From Candidatus Omnitrophota bacterium (GTDB taxonomy: Bacteria; Omnitrophota; Gorgyraeia; Gorgyraeales; Gorgyraeaceae): DNA of 64,000 nucleotides. The notes below the pieces were generated by a model. That model was not told where the DNA came from. It saw only the letters and a list, made by a program, of their open reading frames with translations, and searched no databases. The translations under genes and the position numbers were made by a program. The stretch is taken from contig JAUYDX010000088.1 of the NCBI GenBank assembly GCA_030691625.1, forward strand, positions 1,856 to 65,855, written 5' to 3'. Shown in pieces: positions 9,126 through 19,726 of this stretch (positions are counted from its first letter, which is position 1; each line of letters begins with the position of its first letter).

Positions 9126-12100
9126 ATGCTTCATAGCGATTTCGTCCACCTGCACGTCCACACGCAATACAGCCTTCTTGACGGCGCCTGCATAATACCT
9201 AATCTCATTGACCTCGCGAGGCGCATGAAGATGCCTGCCTGCGCCATAACAGACCACGGCAACATGTTCGGCGCCATTGAATTCTACCAATCATGCATGA
9301 CGAATGGGATCAAGCCTATAATAGGGTCAGAGGTTTATATCGCCCCCAAAGGCAGGCTTGACAAGACCTTTTCCGCCGGAGAAGAAACAGCCAATCACCT
9401 GATACTGCTTGTCAAAGACGAGGCAGGATATAAAAATCTGATGAAGCTGGTCTCCATCGGTTATCTGGAAGGTTTTTATTATAAACCGAGGATCGATAAA
9501 GAGGTCCTGGCGCAGTATTCAAAAGGATTGATCGCGCTATCCAGCTGTTTAAAAGGCGAGATCCCCAGGTCTATAATGTCAGGGAAGGAAGAAAGGGCAA
9601 AACAGCTGGCAGATGAGTATTGCGCTATCATGGGCAAGGAAAATTTTTATTTTGAACTGCAGGATAACGGGATACCTGAGCAAAGGGAGGTCAGCAGGGA
9701 ACTTATAAGGCTTGGCAAAGAATTGGGCATAGGAGTAGTTGCCACTAACGACGTGCACTATCTTACCAGGGACAGCGCTAAGGCGCACGAGGCGCTTCTA
9801 TGCATACAGACGCAGACCACGCTGGATGACCCTAACCGCATGAAACTGCAGACAGACCAGTTTTATTTCAGGTCTGGCGAAGAAATGAAAGCGCTTTTTA
9901 AGGATACGCCGGACGCCATTTCCAACACAATAAAAATAGCGGAAAGGTGTAACCTGGAACTGGATTTCAAAAAGACATATCTTCCTCATTATGCCGCGCC
10001 TGAAGGCACCACGCGGGAAAAATTTATGAGAGAGCTCTGCGAAAATAATCTGGAGAAAAGATATCCCTTGTCTACCTGTCCAACTTCGCAAGTTGCCCCG
10101 ATGGGCAACTTGCGAAGTTGGACAGGTGGGGATATGAGACAAATAAAGGAAAGGCTGGATTATGAATTAAAGGTCATAAGCAAGGCAGGCTACACAAGTT
10201 ATTTCCTCATAGTGTGGGATTTTATAAGCCACGCGAAATCAAAAGGCATAGCTGTCGGGCCGGGAAGAGGTTCTGCGGCAGGGAGCATAGTGAGCTATCT
10301 CTTAGGCATAACAGACATAGACCCGCTCAGGTACAATCTCCTCTTTGAAAGATTTTTAAACTCTGAGCGCGTGAGCATGCCTGATATTGACATAGATTTC
10401 TGCTACGAAAGAAGGCCGGAGGTTATAGATTATGTCGTGCAGAAATACGGCAAGGACAATGTCGCGCAGATAATAACCTTCGGGACCATGGCAGCCAGGG
10501 CAGTAATAAGGGATGTGGGCAGGGTGATGAACCTTCCTTACGCTGATGTCGACAGGATAGCGAAGCTTGTGCCGATGGAACTGGACGTGACCCTGGAACT
10601 CGCGCTTGAAAAAGAACCGGAGCTCGCGAGATTATACAAAGAAGACCCAAGGGTGCGCGAACTTATAGATACCTCAAAAAAACTGGAAGGCCTTACGCGC
10701 CACGCGTCCACGCACGCGGCAGGGGTGGTCATAAGCGAGGATTCGCTCACCAACCACGTCCCAATATTTAAGACCAGCGATGGGCAAATTTCAACAGGCT
10801 ACGCCATGGGCTCTCTTGAAAAGATAGGGCTTTTTAAAAATGGATTTCCTGGGCTTGAGGACATTGACCGTTATTCAGGAGGCGATAAAGATAATCAACA
10901 GGGTCAATAATGTAGGGGCGGTCAATGACCGCCCCCTACGGGTTGAGGACATACCAATGGACGACCCTAAGACTTACAGGCTTTTGAATAACGCTGAATC
11001 AGAAGGCATATTCCAGCTGGAAAGTTCAGGGATGAGAGACCTTTTGAGGAAATTAAAGGCAGAGAAATTCGAGGACATAATAGCTCTTCTCGCGTTATAC
11101 AGGCCCGGCCCGATAGGAAGCGGCATGCTTGATGATTACATGAAGCGCAAGCACGGCAAGGTGGACGTGAGGTATGACCACCCGCTTCTTGAGGCGAGCC
11201 TGAAAGAGACATACGGCATCATTGTGTACCAGGAGCAGGTAATGACAATAGTCTCCTCGCTCGCTGGCTTTTCGCTGGCGCAGGCAGACCTTTTAAGAAG
11301 GGCTATCGGCAAAAAAACACCGGAGATAATGGAGCAGCAGAAAAAGGCCTTTATCGACGGCGCCGCGAAAAATAAAATAGACAGGCGTATTGCGGAAAAG
11401 ATATTTAACCTGATAGAGCATTTCGCCGGTTACGGCTTCAACAAAAGCCATTCAGCGGCGTACGCCATGATCTCTTACAGGACAGCGTACCTGAAGGCGA
11501 ACTTTCCCGTTGAGTTCATGACAGCCCTTCTCACCAGCGAAAAAGATAACACGGATAAGATAGTGGAATACATAGACGAGGCAGAGCGCATGGGTATAAA
11601 GATACTGCCTCCTGATATAAACGAGAGCTACGCGAATTTTACCATGATAAATAAAAATGAGATAAGATTTGGTTTGAGCGCTGTTAAAAATGTGGGCGAA
11701 GGCGCCATAGAATCCATAATCGAGGCCAGGAAAAAATACGGCCGTTTCTCGTCCCTGTACGAATTCTGCGAAAAGACAGATTCGAGGCTTGTGAATAAAA
11801 AGGTCATGGAGAGCCTTATAAAATGCGGGGCGTTTGACAGCGCGGGCCTTAAAAGATCCCAGCTGATGGCAATGCTGGCGGACACAATGAATGCCGCGGA
11901 TTCCGCGCACAAGGAATCCGCCACAGGCCAGATGACGCTTTTTACCAAGGACAGCCGCGAACCGCAGGCCCCGGATATAAAGGAGTGGCCTGAGAGCCAG
12001 CTTTTGAATTTTGAAAAAGATATGATAGGGTTTTATATAACAGGCCACCCTCTCGCCAAATACGAAAAGATGATCAAGGAATATTCCACAGCAGGCAGCG

Positions 12101-12633
12101 CCGGGCTGAGGAAGCTCGAGGACGGCCAGAAGGTCTGGTTCGGCGGCATAATAAACAAAATAAAAAACACGGTCACAAAGCGTTCCGGGGAAAAAATGGC
12201 TATCATGATGATGGAGGATATGGAAGGCAGCGTAGAAGCGCTTGTATTCCCAAACTCGTACAAAAACGTCTCCAGGAACATATTGCCTAATGCGGCAGTA
12301 TTTGTGAACGGCAGGCTCAGCCTTAAAGAGGAAAGGCCTAAGATAATCGTGGAGGAGATAATACCTATAACAGACGCCAGGAAAAAATTTACCCAGTCCA
12401 TTTCCATAAATCTCGCCAGCCAGGGCTCGGACGAGGAATTTTTCAACAGGCTCAGGAATGTCTTTTCAAGGTATCAGGGAGATACGCCTGTTTACATCAA
12501 TTTTTCCACTAAAGAAAACGGGTCTTTCCGCCAGGTCGTGGACAGGAAGCTTTTCGTGAGCCCCACCAATGAACTCGCCTCCGAGCTCGAGTCCCTGCTC
12601 GGCCGCGAACACATCCACTTCGAAAAATCCTAA
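9126..12633 (+). CDS. dnaE: DNA polymerase III alpha subunit DnaE, interrupted by a 1-nt frameshift in T5A5 run (10831-10840); contains two in-frame palindromic insertions
   Basis: PHP domain start MLHSDFVHLHVHTQYSLLDGA; two overlapping ORFs 9039-10910 and 10840-12633; removing one A restores ...GLFKMDFLGLRTL... Confidence 0.85.
10073..10127. repeat. family-2 palindrome, variant CCAACTTCGCAAGTTGCC, in frame inside dnaE
   Basis: 23-bp arms CCTGTCCAACTTCGCAAGTTGCC / GGCAACTTGCGAAGTTGGACAGG; adds ~18 aa STCPTSQVAPMGNLRSWTGG. Confidence 0.9.
10912..10939. repeat. GTAG-type REP-like hairpin GTAGGGGCGGTC-AAT-GACCGCCCCCTAC in frame inside dnaE
   Basis: 12/13-bp inverted repeat bounded by GTAG/CTAC; a related copy at 30949-30982. 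Confidence 0.8.
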
Positions 12634-12635
12634 CC

Positions 12636-12682
12636 CCAAACAACTTGACACTTCAAACAATGTCACAAGTGTCAAGTTGTTG
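12636..12682. repeat. family-1 palindrome copy F, after dnaE
   Basis: inverted repeat. Confidence 0.9.
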
Positions 12683-12694
12683 CATTGAAATCTG

Positions 12695-12723
12695 TTGACA
12701 ATAACCGGCTAAACTGTTACACT
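12695..12723 (+). promoter_or_regulatory. sigma-70-like promoter for hup (TTGACA-17-TACACT)
   Basis: consensus -35, 17 nt spacer, -10-like hexamer. Confidence 0.5.
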
Positions 12724-12767
12724 ACCCCTTGTATTTACGATAGATAGAAAAACCAAGGAGGATTTTT

Positions 12768-13052
12768 ATGGCCAAGAGTATGACTAAGAAAGAAATAGTG
12801 ATGAAGATTGCCACTGACACCAATATCAAACAAATAGATGTTAAAAAAGTGGTGCAGATGACGTTTGATATTATTGTGGACGCCCTGGCCAGGGGTGAAA
12901 AGATAGAGCTGAGGAATTTCGGCGTTTTTAAGACAAAGTCCAGAAAAGGCAGAATGGGCCGCAACCCCAGGACAGGCGTTCAGGTACCTGTCCAGCCTAA
13001 AAGGGTGGCTGTGTTCAAACCAGGCCTTATAATGAAGGCAAAGGTAAAATAA
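12768..13052 (+). CDS. hup: DNA-binding protein HU
   Basis: 94 aa, MTKKEIV...RNPRTG...KPG HU/IHF fold signature. Confidence 0.9.
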   Translation: MAKSMTKKEIVMKIATDTNIKQIDVKKVVQMTFDIIVDALARGEKIELRNFGVFKTKSRKGRMGRNPRTGVQVPVQPKRVAVFKPGLIMKAKVK

Positions 13053-13062
13053 TTGTAGCGAT

Positions 13063-13099
13063 TGGTGCCAGGCACTATTTAAATAGTGCCTGGCACCAA
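13063..13099. repeat. family-3 GC-rich palindrome TGGTGCCAGGCAC..GTGCCTGGCACCA
   Basis: 13-bp arms around TATTTAAATA. Confidence 0.9.
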
Positions 13100-13109
13100 A
13101 AAGGTAAGC

Positions 13110-14393
13110 ATGATTAAAGCATTGCGCGGCACAAAAGATATTCTGCCAGGCGAGTCGGATTTATGGCAATTTATAGAATCTACTGGCAGGGATATATTTA
13201 ATATATATGGGTATAATGAGATAAGGACGCCGATAATAGAGGAGGCGTCTTTGTTTATAAGGGGCATAGGAGACCTGACTGACATAGTGCAGAAAGAGAT
13301 GTATGTTTTTTCTGACAGGGGCAATAGGCGAGTTGCGCTGAGGCCTGAGGCCACAGCGTCTATTGTCCGCGCGTATATAGAAAATTCAATGTCCCAGTCA
13401 GGCGGGGCCGCAAAGCTATTTTACACAGGCCCGATGTTCAGGAGCGAGAGGCCTCAGCAGGGCAGGCAGAGGCAGTTCTATCAGATAGGCGTGGAGGCAA
13501 TAGGCTCGGACAGCCCGTTTCTTGACGCTGAGGTTATTGCGCTGGCTGTGAGATTTCTTGACAGGCTTGGCGTTAAAAATTATCACGTGAAATTGAACAG
13601 CCTGGGCTGTCAGAAGGATAAAATGGCCGCAATAGCAAAACATAAAGAGAACTTTAAGCCTCATTTTGAAAAATTATGCGACACCTGCAAGGCCAGGTTT
13701 GACAAAAATGTCTTGAGGATATTTGACTGCAAGGGCGATACGTGCAGGGTCATTGCTGAAAATGTAAAGGTGGAGGCAGCGCTCTGCAATGACTGCGAGT
13801 CGCATTTTAAAAAGGTGAAACAGTGCCTGGACGAACTGGGCGTTAAATACACTGTGGATCATAAAATAGTAAGGGGCCTGGATTATTATACAAAGACTGT
13901 ATTTGAGATAACCCAGGATGACCTGGGCGCGAAAGACGCCATATGCGCCGGAGGCAGATATAATAATCTGGTAAAGGAACTGGGCGGGAAAGATACGCCT
14001 GCTACCGGGTTTGCTTTTGGCGTGGAGCGCCTGGCGCTTGCGTTAAAAGCTGTCAGCTGTCAGCATTCAGCTGTCAGCCCTAAAGTTTTTGTTGCGGTTG
14101 CGGGAGAAGGGCTTTACCCTGAAGCGTTTAAATTGCTGGATTCTTTGCGCGGCGCCGGGATCGCAAGCGAAATGGATTATGACGAGAGAAGCTTAAAGAG
14201 CCAGATGAGAAAGGCAGAGAAGCTCGGGGCAGGGTTTGTGGTTATTTTAGGGGAAGATGAGTTTAAAAAAGGCAAAGCTGTATTAAAGGATATGAGTAGC
14301 GGAGACCAAAAAGAAATAATGCTGAATGAAATTATTTCGGCGCTCCATACCATAAAAACTTCGCAGGTTGCCGAAGGCAACCTGCGAAGTTGA
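13110..14393 (+). CDS. hisS: histidyl-tRNA synthetase; C-terminal 11 aa and stop supplied by a family-2 palindrome
   Basis: class II aaRS motifs, MIKALRGTKDILP start; ends TSQVAEGNLRS* inside REP. Confidence 0.9.
   Translation: MIKALRGTKDILPGESDLWQFIESTGRDIFNIYGYNEIRTPIIEEASLFIRGIGDLTDIVQKEMYVFSDRGNRRVALRPEATASIVRAYIENSMSQSGGAAKLFYTGPMFRSERPQQGRQRQFYQIGVEAIGSDSPFLDAEVIALAVRFLDRLGVKNYHVKLNSLGCQKDKMAAIAKHKENFKPHFEKLCDTCKARFDKNVLRIFDCKGDTCRVIAENVKVEAALCNDCESHFKKVKQCLDELGVKYTVDHKIVRGLDYYTKTVFEITQDDLGAKDAICAGGRYNNLVKELGGKDTPATGFAFGVERLALALKAVSCQHSAVSPKVFVAVAGEGLYPEAFKLLDSLRGAGIASEMDYDERSLKSQMRKAEKLGAGFVVILGEDEFKKGKAVLKDMSSGDQKEIMLNEIISALHTIKTSQVAEGNLRS
14048..14078 (+). repeat. short tandem repeat (GCTGTCAGC x3) inside hisS coding sequence
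   Basis: gctgtcagctgtcagcattcagctgtcagc encoding AVSCQHSAVS. Confidence 0.7.
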
Positions 14394-14398
14394 GGTGG
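14356..14398. repeat. family-2 palindrome forming hisS 3' end and aspS RBS
   Basis: AACTTCGCAGGTTGCC-GAA-GGCAACCTGCGAAGTT + GAGGTGG. Confidence 0.9.
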
Positions 14399-14402
14399 TT
14401 AA

Positions 14403-15776
14403 ATGATGAAACGCACGCATACATGCGGTGAATTGACAAAAAAAGATATAGGCAAAAAAGCCACGCTTGTCGGCTGGGTGTATAAGAGGCGCGATCACGG
14501 GAAATTGATTTTTATAGATATCCGCGACAGGTACGGCGTGACCCAGATAGTGTTTTTTAAAATGAAAGAGGCGGAGGAGCTTCGCAGTGAATACGTCATA
14601 GCGGTAAAAGGCGTTGCGCAGGAGAGGCCAAAAGGCACGGTAAACCCCAATATACCCACAGGAGAGGTGGAGCTTGGCGTCACAGAGCTGGAGATATTGA
14701 ATCCATCGCTGACCCCGCCTTTTGAGCTGGATAATACAGGCGAGATCTCGGAAGAGGTCAGGCTGAAATACAGATATATTGATCTAAGAAGGCCTGATAT
14801 GCAGAAAAAACTTATCCTGCGGCACAAGGTAATAAAATCAATGAGGGATTATCTGGATAAGCAGGATTTTATAGAAGTCGAAACACCTGTACTCACAAAA
14901 TCAACCCCTGAGGGCGCAAGAGATTTTCTGGTGCCGTCCAGGCTCAATCATGGGAAATTTTTTGCGCTTCCTCAGTCTCCGCAGTTATTCAAACAATTGC
15001 TGATGGTGTCAGGCCTTGAGAGGTATTTCCAGATAGCCAAGTGTTTCAGGGATGAAGACCTCAGGGCAGACAGACAGCCTGAATTCACCCAGCTGGACAT
15101 GGAATTTTCATTCACGGACGAGGACGAGATTTTCGCCACGATAGAGAAGCTCCTCAAATATACGTTCAAGGAAGCCCTGGGGCTTGATCTAAAAACGCCT
15201 TTTCCGCGCATGTCATATAAAGACGCGATGGAAAAATACAATTCAGACAAGCCTGACATCAGGGAAAAGAAAGAGGGATTTCAATTCTTATGGGTCACAA
15301 GTTTCCCGCTTTTCAAATACAATGAAGAAGAAAAAAAATGGGACATGGAGCACCATCCTTTCACATATCCTCTGGTGGAGGATATTGACCTCATAGAAAA
15401 GGACCCTGCTAAAGTCAGGTCCAGGGCTTATGATCTGGTCATTAACGGGGTCGAGATAGCCTCAGGCAGTATAAGGATCCATAAAAGAGATTTGCAGGAA
15501 AAGATATTCAAACGCATAGGCCTGAGCGCGGAAGAGGCAAAAGAGAGGTTCGGATTTTTACTGGAGGCGTTTCAATACGGCGCGCCGCCGCACGGAGGCA
15601 TTGCGCTCGGCCTGGACAGGCTGATCGCGCTCATGGCAGGGTCTGATACAATAAGAGATGTTATAGCTTTTCCAAAAACTCAGAAGGCGATCTGTCCTTT
15701 GACAGACGCCCCATCGTCAGTGGACGAGACTCAGCTAAAGGAGTTGGGGATTAGAATAGAAAAAGAGGCCAAATAA
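14403..15776 (+). CDS. aspS: aspartyl-tRNA synthetase, short archaeal/eukaryal-type (457 aa)
   Basis: class II AspRS motifs ([28 protein letters not shown]); lacks the bacterial GAD insertion by length. Confidence 0.88.
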   Translation: MMKRTHTCGELTKKDIGKKATLVGWVYKRRDHGKLIFIDIRDRYGVTQIVFFKMKEAEELRSEYVIAVKGVAQERPKGTVNPNIPTGEVELGVTELEILNPSLTPPFELDNTGEISEEVRLKYRYIDLRRPDMQKKLILRHKVIKSMRDYLDKQDFIEVETPVLTKSTPEGARDFLVPSRLNHGKFFALPQSPQLFKQLLMVSGLERYFQIAKCFRDEDLRADRQPEFTQLDMEFSFTDEDEIFATIEKLLKYTFKEALGLDLKTPFPRMSYKDAMEKYNSDKPDIREKKEGFQFLWVTSFPLFKYNEEEKKWDMEHHPFTYPLVEDIDLIEKDPAKVRSRAYDLVINGVEIASGSIRIHKRDLQEKIFKRIGLSAEEAKERFGFLLEAFQYGAPPHGGIALGLDRLIALMAGSDTIRDVIAFPKTQKAICPLTDAPSSVDETQLKELGIRIEKEAK

Positions 15777-15824
15777 CCAAACAACTTTACATTGAGACAA
15801 TGACGGAATGTAAAGTTGTTTGGG
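15777..15824. repeat. family-1 palindrome copy G (TTTACATTG/CAATGTAAA compensatory variant)
   Basis: stem substitutions on both arms preserve pairing. Confidence 0.85.
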
Positions 15825-15846
15825 CAATATGAAAAAAGGAGGGGTT

Positions 15847-16482
15847 ATGAAAAATATGATTTTGTGCTGTATAGTACTTGCAATATTTATGATGTCCGGC
15901 TGTGTCACAAGAACGTACACCACGCAAATTGACAGGGTTGATCAGGAAATATATGGCAATAGGGGCGTTATAGTGGGCACGCCTCCTCCGGTTGAAGAGA
16001 CAGATGTGAAGAAGACAAGAGAGGTTTACAATCTGGAAGTAGAAGTGCCTTCCTTATATAAAGGCGCGTCAAGCCAGAACCAGCGCAGGGCATATAAAAA
16101 AGAACGGGTCAGGGAAGATGACAGGGATCTGGACGGCAACAGGGGATATGTGCAGGGGAGCATCAGCCCTGAAAAAGAGGTCTATGTGCCTGAAACTACT
16201 CAAGGACAGCAGTCTAATGTGCGGATCAGCGGAGGGTCGTATTCAGGAAGAACGCCGCAGGTAGTTTACAGCGAGCCTTCCAGTAAGACAAGTTCCAGTT
16301 CTGTCTCAGGAGAAGCTAAAGAGTATTACGTGGTAGAGAAAGGCGACACCCTGCAGACTATATCTGAAAAGTTTTACGGTACCACTAAAAAATGGACTGT
16401 CTTGTACGAAGCGAACAAACATATTCTTAAAAGCCCTGACAGGATAAGGCCAGGCCAGAAATTAGTGATACCCAAAGATTAG
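15847..16482 (+). CDS. LysM-domain lipoprotein
   Basis: signal and lipobox MMSGCV; C-terminal LysM (YYVVEKGDTLQTISEKFYG...GQKLVIP). Confidence 0.7.
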   Translation: MKNMILCCIVLAIFMMSGCVTRTYTTQIDRVDQEIYGNRGVIVGTPPPVEETDVKKTREVYNLEVEVPSLYKGASSQNQRRAYKKERVREDDRDLDGNRGYVQGSISPEKEVYVPETTQGQQSNVRISGGSYSGRTPQVVYSEPSSKTSSSSVSGEAKEYYVVEKGDTLQTISEKFYGTTKKWTVLYEANKHILKSPDRIRPGQKLVIPKD

Positions 16483-16508
16483 CAAAGCAGGGAACAGCCG
16501 CGATCGTA

Positions 16509-16571
16509 CCGCCTCAACCTCGCAGGTTACCTCGCAGGTTACCTCGCAGGTAACCTGCGAGGTTGAGGCGG
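16509..16571. repeat. family-2 palindrome with internal triplication (CCTCGCAGGTTA x3)
   Basis: CCGCCTCAACCTCGCAGGTTACCTCGCAGGTTACCTCGCAGGTAACCTGCGAGGTTGAGGCGG. Confidence 0.9.
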
Positions 16572-16605
16572 TTTGTTGTAAAGTTGTTGAGGGTGTAAAC
16601 CTTGG

Positions 16606-17553
16606 ATGGAAAGATTAATTGATATATCTAACAATGACGAGGCCAGGCAGCTTTTCGGGAGTTTTGACGAAAATCTGAAGACAGTGGAGTCTAATTTCGG
16701 GGTCAAGATAGTATCGCGCGGGGAGAAGCTGGCTATTAAAGGGGCCAAGAGGTCAGTAGACAATAGCGCGAGGCTTTTAGAGGAGATGCTTTTTGTAATA
16801 AGGAGGGGCGGCGCCATAAAAAGAGACGAGCTTTCATATTCCATAAGGTCTTTTAAAATAAATCCAGGCGTTGACCTGGAGGCCATATACCTGGACAGAA
16901 TAGAGGTGTCTTCCAGGCGGCAGTTTATAACCCCGAAAACACAAGGCCAGAAAAAATATATAGACGCTATAAGAGAGCACGATATCGTATTCGGCGTTGG
17001 GCCTGCCGGCACAGGCAAGACATACCTTGCCATGGCAATGGCTGTGAATGCCCTTAAAAGGCGCGAGGTATCAAGGATTATACTTACAAGGCCGGCTATT
17101 GAGGCAGGGGAAAGCCTGGGCTATCTGCCAGGCGATCTCTATCAAAAGGTAACCCCGTACTTGAGGCCGCTCTACGACGCCCTCTACGACATGATGGAGA
17201 TAAGCGAGATACAGGACTCTATTGAGCGCGGGGTCATAGAGGTGGCGCCTCTTGCCTACATGAGAGGCCGCACGCTTAATGATTCTTTCATTATCCTCGA
17301 CGAAGCCCAGAATTCCACAACAGAGCAGATGAAGATGTTTCTAACCAGGTTAGGTTTTGACTCCAAAACAGTCATTACCGGAGACAATACCCAAAGCGAC
17401 CTTCCTTCAGGCAGAGAGTCAGGCCTGACCCAGGTCCAGAAGATCCTGAGCCGCATAAAAGGCATAGCCTTCGCGTATTTCACAGGAGAAGACGTGGTGA
17501 GGCACAGCCTGGTGCAGGAAATAATAAAGGCATATGAGGAAAACTCTAAATAA
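16606..17553 (+). CDS. phoH: PhoH-like ATPase
   Basis: Walker A GPAGTGKT, PhoH family conserved blocks. Confidence 0.9.
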   Translation: MERLIDISNNDEARQLFGSFDENLKTVESNFGVKIVSRGEKLAIKGAKRSVDNSARLLEEMLFVIRRGGAIKRDELSYSIRSFKINPGVDLEAIYLDRIEVSSRRQFITPKTQGQKKYIDAIREHDIVFGVGPAGTGKTYLAMAMAVNALKRREVSRIILTRPAIEAGESLGYLPGDLYQKVTPYLRPLYDALYDMMEISEIQDSIERGVIEVAPLAYMRGRTLNDSFIILDEAQNSTTEQMKMFLTRLGFDSKTVITGDNTQSDLPSGRESGLTQVQKILSRIKGIAFAYFTGEDVVRHSLVQEIIKAYEENSK

Positions 17554-19726
17554 AAAACAGAAAAACCCGGGATTTTCCAGTAAGCTATCGCATGTCCTTA
17601 TAGCTGTAATCACGTGCCTGGTGCTGGTATTGATAGTGGAATGGGACACAAGCCTTTTCGACGCTGTATTTACCGAGGGCGACATAGTGCTGAAGTCCAC
17701 CTACGCGCCTTTTGATTTTAAGATAAAAGGCGAGATAGACTCTAATGCCACTGAATCCGCCAGAAAAAGCGCGATGGAAAAAGTCCCGCCTGTATACCTC
17801 ATTGACAGCTCTATCAAAGAAACAGTTTTAAGCAGGGTAAATTCTATTTCCGACGCAATAAACTCCCTTCATGTCCCTAAAGAGGGAGAGTCCCCTGAAG
17901 ACAGGCTCTCCAGGATCAAGGAAACTATGGCGCCTTTTGAAATACCAATGCCTTTAACGCATAACATGCTGGAACTTAAAGACCCAAAGGGGTTTTTTGA
18001 AGAAGCTGTAAAGACCGCGGAATATATCCTGGACACCGGCCTTATATCCAGCCAGGAGCTCGCCAGGCTGGATAAGGAATCTGTAAAGACAGTGACGCTG
18101 TTAGATAAGGCAAAAAACACGGAACAGGTTAAATTCACGAACGAGCTGTGGTTATTTTCTGACGCGAGAAAGAGGGCGGATAACCTGTTGGCCGCGTTGA
18201 AGGAAAAAAAGGAAAAGGCCCTGCTCATAGATCTTATAAGCGGCGTAATAACAACCCCGAATATAAAATATCAGGACTCTGAAACTGATTTTAGAAGGCA
18301 GGCCGCGGCTGCCAAGGTAAAACCTATATACACCACTCTGGAAGTAAAAAAGAACGAACTTATAATAAATAAAGGCGAGCGCATATCAAAAGAGGATATG
18401 CTGAAGCTGGAGGCTATTGCGCAGAAAGAGCCCTATCCCACAAAGGTCGTGGCGTTTTTCGGGATCGCGCTGATAATAATTTTATTCATGCTGATCCTCG
18501 TATTTTATATAGAATTTTATGAACCTGACCTGATAGTGGGCAATAAAGAACTTGTACTTCTCGCGTCAATATGCGTCCTGGTGATTTTAGCGGCAAAGCT
18601 GATCGTGCTATCCCCTTACCCGAGTAACTTTATACCCATAGCAGCGGCGTCCATGCTTATCGCGCTTCTCTTGAATAGCAGGCTCGCGATAATCACGACG
18701 TGTTTCTTGGGCATACTGGCAGGCATGGTTTCCGGCGGGAGAATGGATATAGCGGCAATGTCCATAATAGGAGGCATGATAGGGATATTTGCGGTGAGGA
18801 ATGTTAGAAGGAGATCCCAGCTTATATCAGCCGGATTTTTAGTGGGACTGGCCAATATGACTTATTTCATAGCCATAGGGCTTATAAATTCCCTGGATTT
18901 CCACACCTATATGACAGAGGCGTCCATAGGAATGGCTAACGGCATGGTGTCCGCGATAATAGTGACAGGCGTTTTGCCTATTTTTGAAAGTATGTTCAAA
19001 AGTATTACTGATATAAGCCTTCTTGAGACAGCGGATTTGAACCACCCAATCCTTAAAGAGATGGTTATAAAGGCGCCCGGAACATATCACCACAGTCTTG
19101 TGGTGGGGAACCTGGCTGAGGCCGCGTGCGAGACAATAGGCGCCAATGCGCTCCTCGCGCGGGTGAGCTCGTATTTTCACGATATAGGAAAGATAGAAAA
19201 GGCGGAATATTTCAGCGAAAACCAGGCAGGCGAATCCCCGCACGATAAACTCTCTCCCACAATGAGCAGCCTGATAATAACAAACCACGTGAAAAACGGA
19301 GTGGAACTCGCAGAGAAATACGGCTTAAACACCAGGATCGTGGCTATAATAAAGCAGCACCACGGCACAGGGCTTGTTTTTTATTTTTTCAAAAGGGCGC
19401 TGGAGAAGACCGTGGAAGATCAGGAGGTTTTTGAAGAGGGCTTCAGGTATCCTGGCCCAAAGCCGCAGACAAAAGAGGCCGCGTGCGTGCTTCTGGCTGA
19501 CTCGGTAGAGGCCGCGTCCAGGACTCTTGACGACCCTACGACATCCAGCATACAGGGCCTCGTGAAAAAGATCATAAATAATAAATTCATAGACGGCCAG
19601 CTGGACGAGTGCGAATTAACGCTGAAGGACCTGGAAAAGATAGCGGATGTATTCACGCACATCTTGACCGGCATATACCACAACCGCGTGGAATATCCGG
19701 AAGACACCGGCAAGAAGAAGGCATGA
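17534..19726 (+). CDS. 7TM receptor with intracellular HD hydrolase (PgpH/YqfF family)
   Basis: N-terminal extracellular domain, 7 TM helices, C-terminal HD domain (HHSLVVGNLAE...HDIGK); phoH-pgpH-ybeY synteny. Confidence 0.85.
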   Translation: MRKTLNKKQKNPGFSSKLSHVLIAVITCLVLVLIVEWDTSLFDAVFTEGDIVLKSTYAPFDFKIKGEIDSNATESARKSAMEKVPPVYLIDSSIKETVLSRVNSISDAINSLHVPKEGESPEDRLSRIKETMAPFEIPMPLTHNMLELKDPKGFFEEAVKTAEYILDTGLISSQELARLDKESVKTVTLLDKAKNTEQVKFTNELWLFSDARKRADNLLAALKEKKEKALLIDLISGVITTPNIKYQDSETDFRRQAAAAKVKPIYTTLEVKKNELIINKGERISKEDMLKLEAIAQKEPYPTKVVAFFGIALIIILFMLILVFYIEFYEPDLIVGNKELVLLASICVLVILAAKLIVLSPYPSNFIPIAAASMLIALLLNSRLAIITTCFLGILAGMVSGGRMDIAAMSIIGGMIGIFAVRNVRRRSQLISAGFLVGLANMTYFIAIGLINSLDFHTYMTEASIGMANGMVSAIIVTGVLPIFESMFKSITDISLLETADLNHPILKEMVIKAPGTYHHSLVVGNLAEAACETIGANALLARVSSYFHDIGKIEKAEYFSENQAGESPHDKLSPTMSSLIITNHVKNGVELAEKYGLNTRIVAIIKQHHGTGLVFYFFKRALEKTVEDQEVFEEGFRYPGPKPQTKEAACVLLADSVEAASRTLDDPTTSSIQGLVKKIINNKFIDGQLDECELTLKDLEKIADVFTHILTGIYHNRVEYPEDTGKKKA

